Positions 28,101-37,097 of a stretch of 64,000 nt of DNA are shown here, piece after piece. Below the pieces are notes generated by a model that was not told the DNA's origin, made no database searches, and saw only the letters and a list, made by a program, of their open reading frames with translations. Every line of letters begins with the position of its first letter. Positions within the stretch are counted from its first letter, which is position 1. The position numbers and the translations under genes were made by a program. The DNA is from an uncultured Bacteroidales bacterium (GTDB lineage Bacteria; Bacteroidota; Bacteroidia; Bacteroidales; CAZLJX01): positions 24,571 to 88,570 of the forward strand of contig CAZLJX010000004.1 in NCBI GenBank assembly GCA_964559985.1. Direction: 5' to 3'.

Positions 28101-29157
28101 AACCGATAATGCCATCATTATTATGGATTCAAAAGGCAATTTTGAATGGGTAAACGAAGGTTTTACACGAATGTATGGCTACACCATTGATCGTTTGATT
28201 GCCGAAAAAAGTCATAACATTGTCGGCGCCAGTGCCAACCTGAACATCAAAGACCTGATCAACGTATGGTTTGGTAACAAAAAGCCTATTGTTTACGAAT
28301 CAATGAATTCAACACGCGATGGCCGTTTAATCTGGACACAGACTACCCTGACGCCAATCCTCGATCGCAGCGGAAACCTGGTAAAGATGGTTGCTATCGA
28401 TACCGATATCACTAAACTGAAAGAAGCACAGAAACAAATTGAGGAACAACGTAATGAGCTTGAAAAAGCCAATGCCACAAAAGATAAATTCTTCAGTATT
28501 ATTGCCCATGATTTACGAAGCCCTTTTGCCTCACTGCTCAGTCTGATCAATATTCTCAACGATGAATTTGATAATCTGGATGAGGCGCTAAAGAAAAAAT
28601 ATATCGGTTCGGTACAGGAAGGGGCCAAACGTACATTCAGCCTGCTCGAAAACCTGTTAGACTGGTCGCGGATCCAGAAAGGGCACATCAAATTTACCCC
28701 GGCGCACCTCGAAATGGCTTTTCTCATTCAGGAAAGTATTTCGTTACATGCTGAAATTATCACCAAGAAAAATATTGCAGTACAAACGGATATTCCCGAT
28801 CAGGTGACCGTTTTTGCCGATGAAAATATGATTCGCACCATACTGCGTAATTTAATTTCAAATGCTATAAAATTCAGTTTCCCGGAAGGAAAAATTGAAA
28901 TTTCGTACCAAAAAAACGAAAAGGAAATTGTTTTCATGGTTCGCGATCATGGTACAGGTATTCAGCCCGATGACCTGCAAAAACTTTTCCGCATTGATAT
29001 ACATCATACCACCCTGGGCACGGCTAAAGAACGTGGCACGGGTCTTGGACTGGTTTTATGCCGCGAATTTGCCGAACGCAACAACGGACGCATCTGGGTT
29101 GAAAGCGAACCGGGGGAAGGCAGTACTTTCTATTTCTCACTGCCGTTATCGGAATAA
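25186..29157 (+). CDS. Sensor histidine kinase with a periplasmic two-component-regulator propeller/Y_Y_Y region, TM helix, two PAS domains, HisKA and HATPase_c
   Basis: 1323 aa. Repeated beta-propeller-like segments (IWVGAYGEMGF, LWVALDNGLAHI, IWIGNPDGLYVY) and YSYMLEGFDLGWSE..EYTNLSEGEYTFKVRAKN (Y_Y_Y). A TM helix (WAFAIYAILIILIF) is followed by the H-box FFSIIAHDLRSP and the ATPase boxes NLISNAIKFS, DHGTGI and GTGLGL. Confidence 0.9.
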   Translation: MVRIFVNIFICFILIIISGFSEAEGQEKGKPFSRHYGPKDYKGGTQNWAVVEDNHGMIYIANQQGVIQYDGAEWHAIPNKNKSTIRSLALDDHGQIWVGAYGEMGFLAPEKNGALTFQSITSLVDKEHINFAEVWNIQPADSSIYLLTDNYLFRYRQHTLKAWTCKGEYFYTEMACRNHFLFQEIGGGLHAIINDSLVSVTGSDFFRQSRIHAFFDLGGDTVLIGTRSQGLFTAVVEIAGYKIHLRQLHSIEGEATEYFIKHSLYHGIKLLNGDMAFATIRGGVILIDKNFRIKEIYTSQTAIGHEACYYLIQAKDKSLWVALDNGLAHIELNSPFRYWDNESGYKGTITDINRHNKTLYISTASGVYYLDETAGTYISRFIQIPDFSQQTWCLLKVNDLRYKGDSALLASTSENIFLIENHRARSIYSNKSNYEIFRSPRNPRLLYAGTRNGLQVLEFKTGKYRLKSHINGINYEVRGLAEDKSGDLWASVSYKGVARISFTDSSFSRYSIEYFDTTDGLPDLKQVTPVFLANDLVFASDSGIMTFVPENRKFTFYQKLGSNLSRLQLNRFATGKNGHIYINGNIVLKPYGNGYIADSTPFRRIPATESDAVFADHDGKIWIGNPDGLYVYKPELYKPSEIVFEALIREASLSSGQKIFMGHGKPEKPEIDYKNNSLIFKYAAPFFDVENQTLYSYMLEGFDLGWSEFTGEKRKEYTNLSEGEYTFKVRAKNIYGQISTTATYHFIILPPWFRTNWAFAIYAILIILIFRLFIKLRTRQILREKDKLEKIIEERTAQINMQKEELLSQAEQLKAINAELEKLSIVVRETATAVTMFDNTGKFLWVNEGFTRMYGYTFDQFVTERSDNIFNCDLAPNIKRLIAGCIQNKKTIIYDFFTTTRSGEGLWAQTTLTPVLNDLGETISLIAIDSDITRLKDAEQEIFYQKDKIEKQTQLLEQKNIELEKLSIVARETDNAIIIMDSKGNFEWVNEGFTRMYGYTIDRLIAEKSHNIVGASANLNIKDLINVWFGNKKPIVYESMNSTRDGRLIWTQTTLTPILDRSGNLVKMVAIDTDITKLKEAQKQIEEQRNELEKANATKDKFFSIIAHDLRSPFASLLSLINILNDEFDNLDEALKKKYIGSVQEGAKRTFSLLENLLDWSRIQKGHIKFTPAHLEMAFLIQESISLHAEIITKKNIAVQTDIPDQVTVFADENMIRTILRNLISNAIKFSFPEGKIEISYQKNEKEIVFMVRDHGTGIQPDDLQKLFRIDIHHTTLGTAKERGTGLGLVLCREFAERNNGRIWVESEPGEGSTFYFSLPLSE
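27640..28497 (+). repeat. Internal tandem duplication (2 x 429 nt) encoding two paralogous coiled-coil+PAS units
   Basis: Unit 1 (27640-28068) begins ELEKLSIVVRET...WVNEGFTRMYGYT...QTTLTPVL...IAIDSDITRLKDAEQEI. Unit 2 (28069-28497) begins ELEKLSIVARET...WVNEGFTRMYGYT...QTTLTPIL...VAIDTDITKLKEAQKQI. By eye, roughly half of the residues are identical. Confidence 0.7.
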
Positions 29158-29189
29158 AATTATAAAAACGTAACCCGTTGTAAGCGTCA

Positions 29190-30086
29190 TTATTTTTTTA
29201 ATTTTTTAGCTTCTTTATAATAATAATCAGCTTTTTCCTTATTATCAAAACGGGTATAAATATTTCCCAGGAAAGTGGCATAGCGCTCGTCGGGTTTTAT
29301 TTTATATAATTTCAGAAAATAATCGCGCGAAATTTTGAAATTTTCGTTTAGTATTTTAAATGCCTTCATCATTTTGTCATACTGGGCTTTTGACTTGTTT
29401 TTTTCGTATGCTTTGGTTTCTGTCTGATAGGAGTTTTCGGCCAGGTAATAGTATTTTTCGGCCAGGTATTCAAGTGCTGCAACATTTTCTTTTTCTGCTT
29501 TCAGAATTTGTTTTGCCAGGCTTTCGAGGTCATTTTTCTTTTCAAGTTTTTTATTAACAGCAAAGATTTTTTCAGCAACCCTGATATCTTTTTTGATTTC
29601 CGGGTCAAGTTTTGCCCATAACTCATTGGCCTGTTCCCAGTTTTCGCTTTCAACATAAGCTATAAAAAGCTGCTGGCGCACTTGTTTCAGATAATCGCCT
29701 TCCGGAAATTTTGAAATATATAATTCAAGATTGGTAATTTCTTTTGAGAGGTTATTAATTTCCTTATATCCCTGTGCCAGTATATAATAAACTTTTTGTT
29801 CAAGAATGCCTCCTCGTTTGGCATTTTCAAGATAATCAAGTGCTTTGGGATGCTGGTTCAGTTCCCAGGCAGCAATACCGGCCATAGAATAAACTTTTGG
29901 ATCGACTTCCTGATTTTTCTTTTTTTGCAAAGCAATAAGATCTTCGCTTGCCTGCAGTGCTTTCTGATGGTCGCCCTGCTGGCTTGCTGTTTCAATATCG
30001 GTTTTAAGCTGTGTTGTTTTTTGCGTACCTGCACATGCCCAAAACATAACCGACCATGCTATAATGCAATAAATGGTTGTTTTCAT
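29190..30086 (-). CDS. TPR-like repeat lipoprotein
   Basis: 298 aa. Signal peptide with lipobox FWAC, then helical repeats rich in A/L/Y/K (ALDYLENA, AEKYYYLAE, GNIYTRFDNKEKADYYYKEA). Confidence 0.7.
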   Translation of the reverse strand: MKTTIYCIIAWSVMFWACAGTQKTTQLKTDIETASQQGDHQKALQASEDLIALQKKKNQEVDPKVYSMAGIAAWELNQHPKALDYLENAKRGGILEQKVYYILAQGYKEINNLSKEITNLELYISKFPEGDYLKQVRQQLFIAYVESENWEQANELWAKLDPEIKKDIRVAEKIFAVNKKLEKKNDLESLAKQILKAEKENVAALEYLAEKYYYLAENSYQTETKAYEKNKSKAQYDKMMKAFKILNENFKISRDYFLKLYKIKPDERYATFLGNIYTRFDNKEKADYYYKEAKKLKK

Positions 30087-30263
30087 CGGGATTTTTTTTT
30101 TACAAAATTAATTTTTTGGAGGAAATACCATAATTTTTATTTATCCCGTACTTTACTAATAATGGTTTATAAACAAGTACTGTGTACTTATTTAATATAA
30201 ATACTTTACGTACAATAAAATCAAATATTTAACAATTTAATTTTTTAATTTGGTTTTGAATTT

Positions 30264-30271
30264 TACCTTTG
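30264..30271 (+). promoter_or_regulatory. Candidate -7 promoter box TAccTTTG upstream of the ferredoxin gene
   Basis: TAnnTTTG match 30 nt upstream of the ATG at 30301. TTTG elements lie at 30249-30252 and 30255-30258, but their spacing is shorter than the consensus. Confidence 0.3.
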
Positions 30272-30300
30272 CAGCAGATTAATCATAAAATTTTATTGCC

Positions 30301-30468
30301 ATGGCATACAAAATTACTGAAGATTGTGTAGCATGCGGAACATGCATCAGCGAATGCCCGGTCGAAGCTATTTCTGAAGGCGATATTTATAAAATCGATC
30401 CTGATAAATGCACCGATTGCGGAGCATGCGCAAGTGTTTGCCCGGTTGAAGCCATTCTTCCGGCCTGA
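30301..30468 (+). CDS. 2x[4Fe-4S] ferredoxin (55 aa), not in the ORF track
   Basis: MAYKITEDCVACGTCISECPVEAISEGDIYKIDPDKCTDCGACASVCPVEAILPA carries two CxxCxxCxxxCP clusters. TGA at 30466-30468. Confidence 0.85.
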   Translation: MAYKITEDCVACGTCISECPVEAISEGDIYKIDPDKCTDCGACASVCPVEAILPA

Positions 30469-30488
30469 TAAAATGCTTAACTTACAGT

Positions 30489-30522
30489 AAAGCCGCTCTT
30501 ACAGGGCGGCTTTTATTTTTTT
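30489..30522 (+). terminator. Rho-independent terminator after the ferredoxin gene
   Basis: AAAGCCGC (30489-30496) pairs with GCGGCTTT (30506-30513) across a 9-nt loop, followed by a T-rich run to 30522. Confidence 0.6.
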
Positions 30523-30633
30523 ATACATGGAGCTTTCATTTGAAAAGATTTTTAAAATTGAAACCGTTATTATGTAAAAACACCTATTTTTACCTGTTTG
30601 TGAATAAAAACGTTGGGATATTATCAAAGCAGT

Positions 30634-32151
30634 ATGCTCAAATATAAATTTATATTGGGTTTTGTATCGCGCATTTTCGTACAGATGCTTCAGCTGGTAG
30701 CCACTATTTTTATTGCCCGTATTGCAGGTCCTTCGGTGTTAGGCACCATCGCTTTCGGAATGGCTTTTGTTGATATGTTTTCATTTATTGGCAGCCTTGG
30801 ACTTGGTTCAGCACATACAAAACTCATCAATGAAGGAGAAAACATTGACGATTGCACAACCACTTATGCCATTCTTCATATTATCACCAAATTTATATTT
30901 TTTATCACGGTGCTGACGTATTTTATTTTACAGAAATACGTTTTTCATTTTCCGTTTGAAAGCAGGGAGCATGAATATGTGATCATCATCAGCATGGTTA
31001 CAGTTTTGATTAATACCATGATTGACATTCCGGTAAGCAATTTTGCAGCACGAATGGAACAAGCCAAATCGGATATTCCCGAAATGTTTCGTAATATTTT
31101 TCTTGCACCATCCCGGATTATAACGGTCATTGTTGGGGGGGCTGCTGTAGCATTGGCTTTTGTCAATTTTTTATCTTACCTCATCATCATTCCTTTTTAC
31201 TGGTATCTGTTCTTTAAAACATACCATTTTGGAAAATTCAGTTTTCCACTTGCAGGAAAATATTTCAGATATGGTATTCCATTGATTGTTTTAAGCCTAT
31301 CTGTGTCTTTTTCAAATACATTAGATAAGGTATTATTGCAATACTTTACCAACAGCGAAATGGTTGGCATTTACACTGCCGGATTCCGCATAGGGGGCTA
31401 TTTTCTGCTTATCGGACAATCGGCAGGTTTAATCTTTTTCCCGTTATTTTCAAAAGCAGTAAGTGAGCACAATATTCAGATGATTGATGATGCAATAGCG
31501 CGTTATCACAGGTTTGTTTTTCTATTTGTCATGCCTGTTATGATATTGCTGGCATTGCTCAGCAGCCCGATTGTGAGTATTATGCTTGGCGAAAAATATT
31601 ACCAAAGCATCCCTGTATTGACCATTATCACAATCGCACAACTGATATACCTGGTTCATATTCCGTACGGTAATTTAATCAGCGGCATGGGAAAATTCAG
31701 ACTGGCAGCCCTGATCAATATCATCAATGTGCTGGTAATATCCTTAGCGCTACTAATGCTGGTGCATCCCGCCTTTGCTGGATTGGCTTCAAAAGGAGCA
31801 GCGTGGTCATTCCTGATTTCCAATATTTTTCTTGCAGCCTGTTTTGTTTATTATGCAAAAAAATTTGCCCCGGGTATTCAACTCAAAACTTATTTCCGAT
31901 TTTTACTGATTGGCATTATACTATTTGTTGGTTTTTATTATTCATACTGCTGGTGGGTTGGAAGCAAAACCCTCCATCAAATCATTTTTGTTTTCCTATA
32001 TTTTACGGTAGTGTACAGCATTTTTAATTATTCAGGAATTATGAGAAATTCAGATTGGAAGTACCTGTTATCTTTGGGCCGCATGGATGAGTTATTTAAA
32101 TATGTGCGATCAGAAATTTTTTACCGGAAAAAAGAAGAACAAAAACATTGA
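30634..32151 (+). CDS. Polysaccharide flippase (Wzx / MOP superfamily)
   Basis: About 505 aa and about 12 or more hydrophobic helices. The N-terminus LQLVATIFIARIAGPSVLG is typical of polysaccharide-biosynthesis (Wzx) proteins. ATG at 30634; the track start is TTG at 30613. Confidence 0.8.
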   Translation: MLKYKFILGFVSRIFVQMLQLVATIFIARIAGPSVLGTIAFGMAFVDMFSFIGSLGLGSAHTKLINEGENIDDCTTTYAILHIITKFIFFITVLTYFILQKYVFHFPFESREHEYVIIISMVTVLINTMIDIPVSNFAARMEQAKSDIPEMFRNIFLAPSRIITVIVGGAAVALAFVNFLSYLIIIPFYWYLFFKTYHFGKFSFPLAGKYFRYGIPLIVLSLSVSFSNTLDKVLLQYFTNSEMVGIYTAGFRIGGYFLLIGQSAGLIFFPLFSKAVSEHNIQMIDDAIARYHRFVFLFVMPVMILLALLSSPIVSIMLGEKYYQSIPVLTIITIAQLIYLVHIPYGNLISGMGKFRLAALINIINVLVISLALLMLVHPAFAGLASKGAAWSFLISNIFLAACFVYYAKKFAPGIQLKTYFRFLLIGIILFVGFYYSYCWWVGSKTLHQIIFVFLYFTVVYSIFNYSGIMRNSDWKYLLSLGRMDELFKYVRSEIFYRKKEEQKH

Positions 32152-33608
32152 ATGCTGAATTAACCATATTAGAAACACAAGGTAAAACTACATTAAGCAG
32201 AGATATACCTGAATTTCTGTTGGTCATTGGATTGGCCTTTCTCGGTATTTTTTATCTGCCAAAATTTCTGACATATACCATTTTCGTTATATTTTTTATC
32301 CTTGCATGGAGGACAAAACGTGATTATTTCTGGTTTGCTGTTTGCCTGGTATTTTTTGCCAATCCGGCTGATTTTTTTAACCAGGGCGCTTCGGATGCAC
32401 CATACAGGTTGCCTTTATTTACTTTTGCGCAGGGACTTTCATTTAATGCAACCGATAGCTTTCTCATTATCTTTTTTTTAAAGGCAATATTCAAATCACC
32501 ACCATATCCCATCCTGATAAGGCCGGTTTTTTATATTTTTTTCTTCCTGATGTTTATCGGAATTCTTATGGCCATTTTTTATGGTACCGATATGGATATT
32601 CTTGTAATGAACCTGAGAATATATTTTACGGTAACAGCCGTTTATTCATTCATCAGGCTGGTCAGGAACCGCGAAAATATTTACCGGTTTTTTATTTTAA
32701 TTTCGCTGCTTATGCCCCTGGTACTGCTTGAACAGATTCTAAACAATAATGACAGTTCTGTTTTAAGCGAACTTGGAAAATCGAATGTACTGAAATTTAT
32801 GATTTTTGAAGATACTGAGGCTAAACGGCTTACCATGAAAGGTGTTCTCATCAATTTTTTCTGTATTTTCCTTCCTTTTGCCTTTTTAAAATATAATAGA
32901 ATTGCTGCTATCTGGTTCTATTTTATTATATTAGTTGTTGTGATAAGTAATTTTTTATCGGCTACCCGTTTCTGGATTTATTCGCTTACAGGTTTTATTG
33001 CACTGCTGACTCTTTTTTCGTTCAGAAATATTTCTTTTTCCTTCAGGATGCTGACTATTTCAGGTTTGATAATCATTGTAGCCTTACAGGTCGAAATTCC
33101 TTCGGAGCAGTTTCAGGCAATACTGAACCGGATAGTGCCGGCAGCAGGCTCACTGATTGAAGGAAATATTGAAGAAGTGGATTCCGGTCTTACCCGTCTC
33201 GAAAAAATAAAAACCTATAAAGCAAAAATTGACGAAAGTAAAATTATCGGATACGGCTTCAGTTCAGGCAATTTCAACGACAATGACCTGGGATTCTGGA
33301 ATACCTTGATTGCATTCGGATGGGTTGGTGTTGCAGCATACTCTGTTATGTTGCTGTACATCATTTATATCATCACCGGCACTTTGAAAAGTTCAATCTG
33401 TACAGCCGAATCAAAAAATTTACTTGTTGTTTTATTACTCGGTTGGCTGATCATTGTACTTGGGTACCTTACCGTATGGGATTTTTTTCACGTAGGAGCC
33501 GACCGGCTTTTTGCAGCCATGTGCTTAATGGGAATGATTCATATTGTAGTGGTTGAAACTCGGCTCATGTCCATTAACTTTTTGAAAAATACAATAAATG
33601 GAATCTAA
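32148..33608 (+). CDS. O-antigen polymerase/ligase-like (Wzy-type) polytopic membrane protein
   Basis: 486 aa with many TM helices and one larger loop (EIPSEQFQAILNRIVPAAGSL...RLEKIK), sitting next to Wzx. The only in-frame start near the 5' end is TTG at 32148, which overlaps the Wzx stop. Confidence 0.65.
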   Translation: MNAELTILETQGKTTLSRDIPEFLLVIGLAFLGIFYLPKFLTYTIFVIFFILAWRTKRDYFWFAVCLVFFANPADFFNQGASDAPYRLPLFTFAQGLSFNATDSFLIIFFLKAIFKSPPYPILIRPVFYIFFFLMFIGILMAIFYGTDMDILVMNLRIYFTVTAVYSFIRLVRNRENIYRFFILISLLMPLVLLEQILNNNDSSVLSELGKSNVLKFMIFEDTEAKRLTMKGVLINFFCIFLPFAFLKYNRIAAIWFYFIILVVVISNFLSATRFWIYSLTGFIALLTLFSFRNISFSFRMLTISGLIIIVALQVEIPSEQFQAILNRIVPAAGSLIEGNIEEVDSGLTRLEKIKTYKAKIDESKIIGYGFSSGNFNDNDLGFWNTLIAFGWVGVAAYSVMLLYIIYIITGTLKSSICTAESKNLLVVLLLGWLIIVLGYLTVWDFFHVGADRLFAAMCLMGMIHIVVVETRLMSINFLKNTINGI

Positions 33609-34545
33609 AGTCGCTGTCCTTTTGCTCAATTATAACCAGAGCAACATGACCCTTGAATGTGTGGCTTCGGTCTTAAACACTGATTACCCCGATTTCGAAA
33701 TTTTTGTTATCGATAACGGATCAAAAACCGAAGACAGGGAAAATCTGAAAAATAAATTACCCGGAAACATCCATTTTGCAGTTATAGAAAAAAACCGTGG
33801 CTATGTGGGTGGTATGAACTTTGCGCTTGAAACAGCATCGAAACACAACCCCGCTTATTTCCTGGTGATGAATAATGATACCCTGATTGATCCTCATGCC
33901 ATAAAATCATTGGTTGTAACTTCCCAAAAATATCAGGATCATTGCATTGTAACCGGTAAGGTTTATCATTTCGACCAGCCAGCAATCATTCAGCATATAG
34001 GATGGGAATTTACCAACAAAAAAATGCTGAAGATGAGGCGAATTGGCGATAACGTCCCCGACCAGGGACAATTTGACCAGGAAACGGTTATGGACATGAT
34101 TGACGATATTTTCTGGCTGCTTCCGGCACAGGTTTATAAGCAGGTTGGAGGCTATTCAACCTATTTCTGGTTCAACGCCGAGCAGGCCGACCTTGCCCTG
34201 CGGGCAGTAAAACAGGGAAATAAACTGATTTATACTCCCAATGCAAAACTTTGGCATAAAGGAAGTTTGAGTATCGGGGGAAGGGATAATAATCCCCGCT
34301 TAATCTATTACAATTTGTACAGTCATTTATTATTTTTGTTCCTGCATATTACCTGGTACCGTTTTATATGGGTTTTTATTGTTGTAAAAGGGCATTTCAT
34401 ATTGCATCTTGTAAAAAATATAATAAAACTCATCATTGGCAGAAAAACCAATTTTCTTTGCACTTTTGCGGAATTCAGGGCAATCATCTCTTTTGTGAAG
34501 TGGATAATAATACGGAACAAAAACAGTGGATTTAATCCGTTTTAG
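33598..34545 (+). CDS. Family 2 glycosyltransferase
   Basis: VAVLLLNYNQSNMTLECVASVLNTDYPDFEIFVIDNGS and a DxD-like MNNDT. Confidence 0.85.
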   Translation: MESKVAVLLLNYNQSNMTLECVASVLNTDYPDFEIFVIDNGSKTEDRENLKNKLPGNIHFAVIEKNRGYVGGMNFALETASKHNPAYFLVMNNDTLIDPHAIKSLVVTSQKYQDHCIVTGKVYHFDQPAIIQHIGWEFTNKKMLKMRRIGDNVPDQGQFDQETVMDMIDDIFWLLPAQVYKQVGGYSTYFWFNAEQADLALRAVKQGNKLIYTPNAKLWHKGSLSIGGRDNNPRLIYYNLYSHLLFLFLHITWYRFIWVFIVVKGHFILHLVKNIIKLIIGRKTNFLCTFAEFRAIISFVKWIIIRNKNSGFNPF

Positions 34546-34546
34546 T

Positions 34547-35854
34547 ATGGAGAAGTTTTTAAAAAAAAATCTCTGGCTTCCTTATCATTTCAGAGGATAT
34601 AAAAAAGAAACCCTTGATCTGCTTAAAGAAAGCCAGTGGTGGCCGGAAGTAACTAAAAATAAATATATATCTGAGCAACTGGCTGAAATTATTATATTTT
34701 CCCAGCAGCAAGTACCTTATTACAAAACGTATCCAGCAATTTCAGAAACTGATATGATGCAGGCCATAAAAAGCCTTCCGGTGATAACCAAAGATATTCT
34801 GAAAAAAAATGCTGATCAGTTCAATCCGCAAATTCCTGAAAAAAAATACACTATCGAAAAATCGGGAGGAACAACCGGCGATCCGGTAATACTGAAACGT
34901 TCGATGCTTTCTTCAAAGTTTATAGCAGCATCATTTTATCGTTTTCACAGCTGGCATGGAATTGGCCCCGAAGCAAGGCATGTACTTATCTGGGGTGGTA
35001 AAAGGCCTGTAAAGCCTGAAAAAAATATTTACAGCGGGTTGAGAGATCTGGTTCTGGCGCCACCTCTTGTTATCTACTCCTCAGAATTTGAAACCAAAAA
35101 ACCAAAAGAATGGATAAAAATAATTACAAATTACAAACCTGAATATTTCAGAGGATATCCATCTGCTTTAATACAGTTTGCCGAATATATTGGTAATGAA
35201 ACACATCATATTAAAAAATTAAAATTAAAAGCGGTAATACTGACAGCCGAAATGGTTTTTCAGCAGGATAATGTAGAAATTTCAAGTCATTATCATACAA
35301 AGACCATCAGGGAATACGGTGCACGCGACGGAGGGCTGATTGCCCTGGAATGCGAAAAAGGGAACCTGCATCTGCAGGACGAATCGGTATTTGCTTTTAC
35401 CCGCCCCGACCATTCCATAGTGATTACCGAGATGCATAATTTTGCCATGCCTGTTATTAATTATGAATTAGGTGATTGTATAACATTTAGCAATGAAAAA
35501 TGTAGTTGCGGGAGGACATCAAAAGTAATTTCACAAATCCTCGGACGGAAATCAGATATGGTTCGTTTATCAGATGGTACATTAAAAAGCCCTTATCTGA
35601 TTGATGAAATCGTACAAAAAATCAGATCTCGTTATGGAATAGCCTGTATCAAAAAATACATGGCCATTCAAAATGAAGAGGGAATCACCTTTCAGATTAT
35701 TCCAGGAACTGAGCATAACAATCATATTGACAATGGAATCATTGCCGAAACAATTGAAGCAACCGGAATTAATCATGTTTCAGTGTTGCATGTTGATTCC
35801 CTGGAAACAACTTCGGCAGGCAAATACCGCAATTTCAAATCGGCCATTTTATGA
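34547..35854 (+). CDS. Phenylacetate-CoA-ligase-like (PaaK/CapK family) adenylate-forming enzyme
   Basis: EKSGGTTGDPV (adenylation P-loop-like motif) and an overall layout like the CapK-type proteins of capsule loci. ATG at 34547, directly after the GT2 stop; the track start is GTG at 34526. Confidence 0.75.
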   Translation: MEKFLKKNLWLPYHFRGYKKETLDLLKESQWWPEVTKNKYISEQLAEIIIFSQQQVPYYKTYPAISETDMMQAIKSLPVITKDILKKNADQFNPQIPEKKYTIEKSGGTTGDPVILKRSMLSSKFIAASFYRFHSWHGIGPEARHVLIWGGKRPVKPEKNIYSGLRDLVLAPPLVIYSSEFETKKPKEWIKIITNYKPEYFRGYPSALIQFAEYIGNETHHIKKLKLKAVILTAEMVFQQDNVEISSHYHTKTIREYGARDGGLIALECEKGNLHLQDESVFAFTRPDHSIVITEMHNFAMPVINYELGDCITFSNEKCSCGRTSKVISQILGRKSDMVRLSDGTLKSPYLIDEIVQKIRSRYGIACIKKYMAIQNEEGITFQIIPGTEHNNHIDNGIIAETIEATGINHVSVLHVDSLETTSAGKYRNFKSAIL

Positions 35855-37086
35855 AAACACGATTTATATACCTTGCCACGCTCGATTTTGGGAATGTGTT
35901 TAAAACGCAGATTATAAGCTGGTTGAACTTATACCGGCAAAACGGAATTGATTTCAGCCTGATCAGGATTTATGATATCAGAAAACTATTGCGTTTTAAT
36001 AAAGTTACAGATGAAAATAACAAAATCAGGAATCTGTTTCCCTTTGTTTTATATAACCGCTGGTTTATTCCGGGGAAAAACATAGTCAGCCGGATTTTAT
36101 CTTTTTTATTTGTTACAATCCAATTTTTGAGCATCCTGTTTTCTCGTAAAAAAACTGTTTTTCAGACCCGAAGTCCGCAATTTTGGAGAGAGTTTAAGTT
36201 TTTAAAGACCCTGTTTGGCAACAGGTGTATTGTCATTTTCGATTCAAGGGCGGCGGCGGCTGAAGAATTAAAATATCAGCATAAGCATCATCTTACCAAC
36301 CACATGATAAAAAGAATCAAAAATACCGGGGAAGATGAAAAACAAATGAATATTGTATCCGATAAAGTTTTTTGCGTCTCAAACCATCTGATTGCATACC
36401 ATTTGGAGCAAAACCCACAGCTTACACCCGCTAAAATGGTTTATTATCCATGCAGTGCGGATTCAAAATATTTCTTTTACTCGTCCGAAGAACGACAAAT
36501 AATGAGAAATAAACTCGGTTTAAACGATAAGATTATCATTGTATATAGCGGCAGTCTTGACCTTCCGTGGCATATGGCAGAAGAAATATTCGGGTTTTTC
36601 AAATTGTTGAACCAGCAAAATTCCGGAACTTTCCTTTTGGTGTTGAGTTATGAAACAGAAATTGCCGGGAAACTAAGCCTGAAATGTGAATTAACAGAAA
36701 ACAATTACTTATGTAAGGCAATAGAAAACAACGAAATAAGAAAATATCTGAACGCTGCCGATGCAGGAATTATTATGCGTGAAGATGTACCTATGAACCA
36801 GGTAGCATCGCCTACCAAATTTGCCGAATACCAGTTGTGTGGTTTACCTGCAATACTGACTCCCGGTGTAGGCGATTTTTCAGATTTTGTTGTCAGGCAT
36901 CAAACCGGTGGTTGTTACAATCTGCTTCATCCCGATGAATCAATATTATGCCAGGTTACCAGCGATTTAAAATCTTGGTTTAACAATGAGAATCTCAGGA
37001 AAACAATATCTGAAACCGGATACAACCATTTTTCCAAACAAATTGTTTTAAATCATATTTTAGAAATATATTCGTCCTTTAAATAA
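35851..37086 (+). CDS. GT-B fold (GT4-like) glycosyltransferase
   Basis: The C-terminal half, IIIVYSGSLD...ASPTKFAEYQLCGLPAILTPGVGD, resembles the GT4 nucleotide-sugar binding region. ATGA overlap with the upstream gene. Confidence 0.65.
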   Translation: MKTRFIYLATLDFGNVFKTQIISWLNLYRQNGIDFSLIRIYDIRKLLRFNKVTDENNKIRNLFPFVLYNRWFIPGKNIVSRILSFLFVTIQFLSILFSRKKTVFQTRSPQFWREFKFLKTLFGNRCIVIFDSRAAAAEELKYQHKHHLTNHMIKRIKNTGEDEKQMNIVSDKVFCVSNHLIAYHLEQNPQLTPAKMVYYPCSADSKYFFYSSEERQIMRNKLGLNDKIIIVYSGSLDLPWHMAEEIFGFFKLLNQQNSGTFLLVLSYETEIAGKLSLKCELTENNYLCKAIENNEIRKYLNAADAGIIMREDVPMNQVASPTKFAEYQLCGLPAILTPGVGDFSDFVVRHQTGGCYNLLHPDESILCQVTSDLKSWFNNENLRKTISETGYNHFSKQIVLNHILEIYSSFK

Positions 37087-37097
37087 CGGATTATACC

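Noticed and set aside
30301-30522. Ferredoxin gene as the first gene of the glycan locus
   Set aside because: It is followed by a good stem-loop/T-run terminator and a 110-nt gap, so I treat it as an independent transcription unit.
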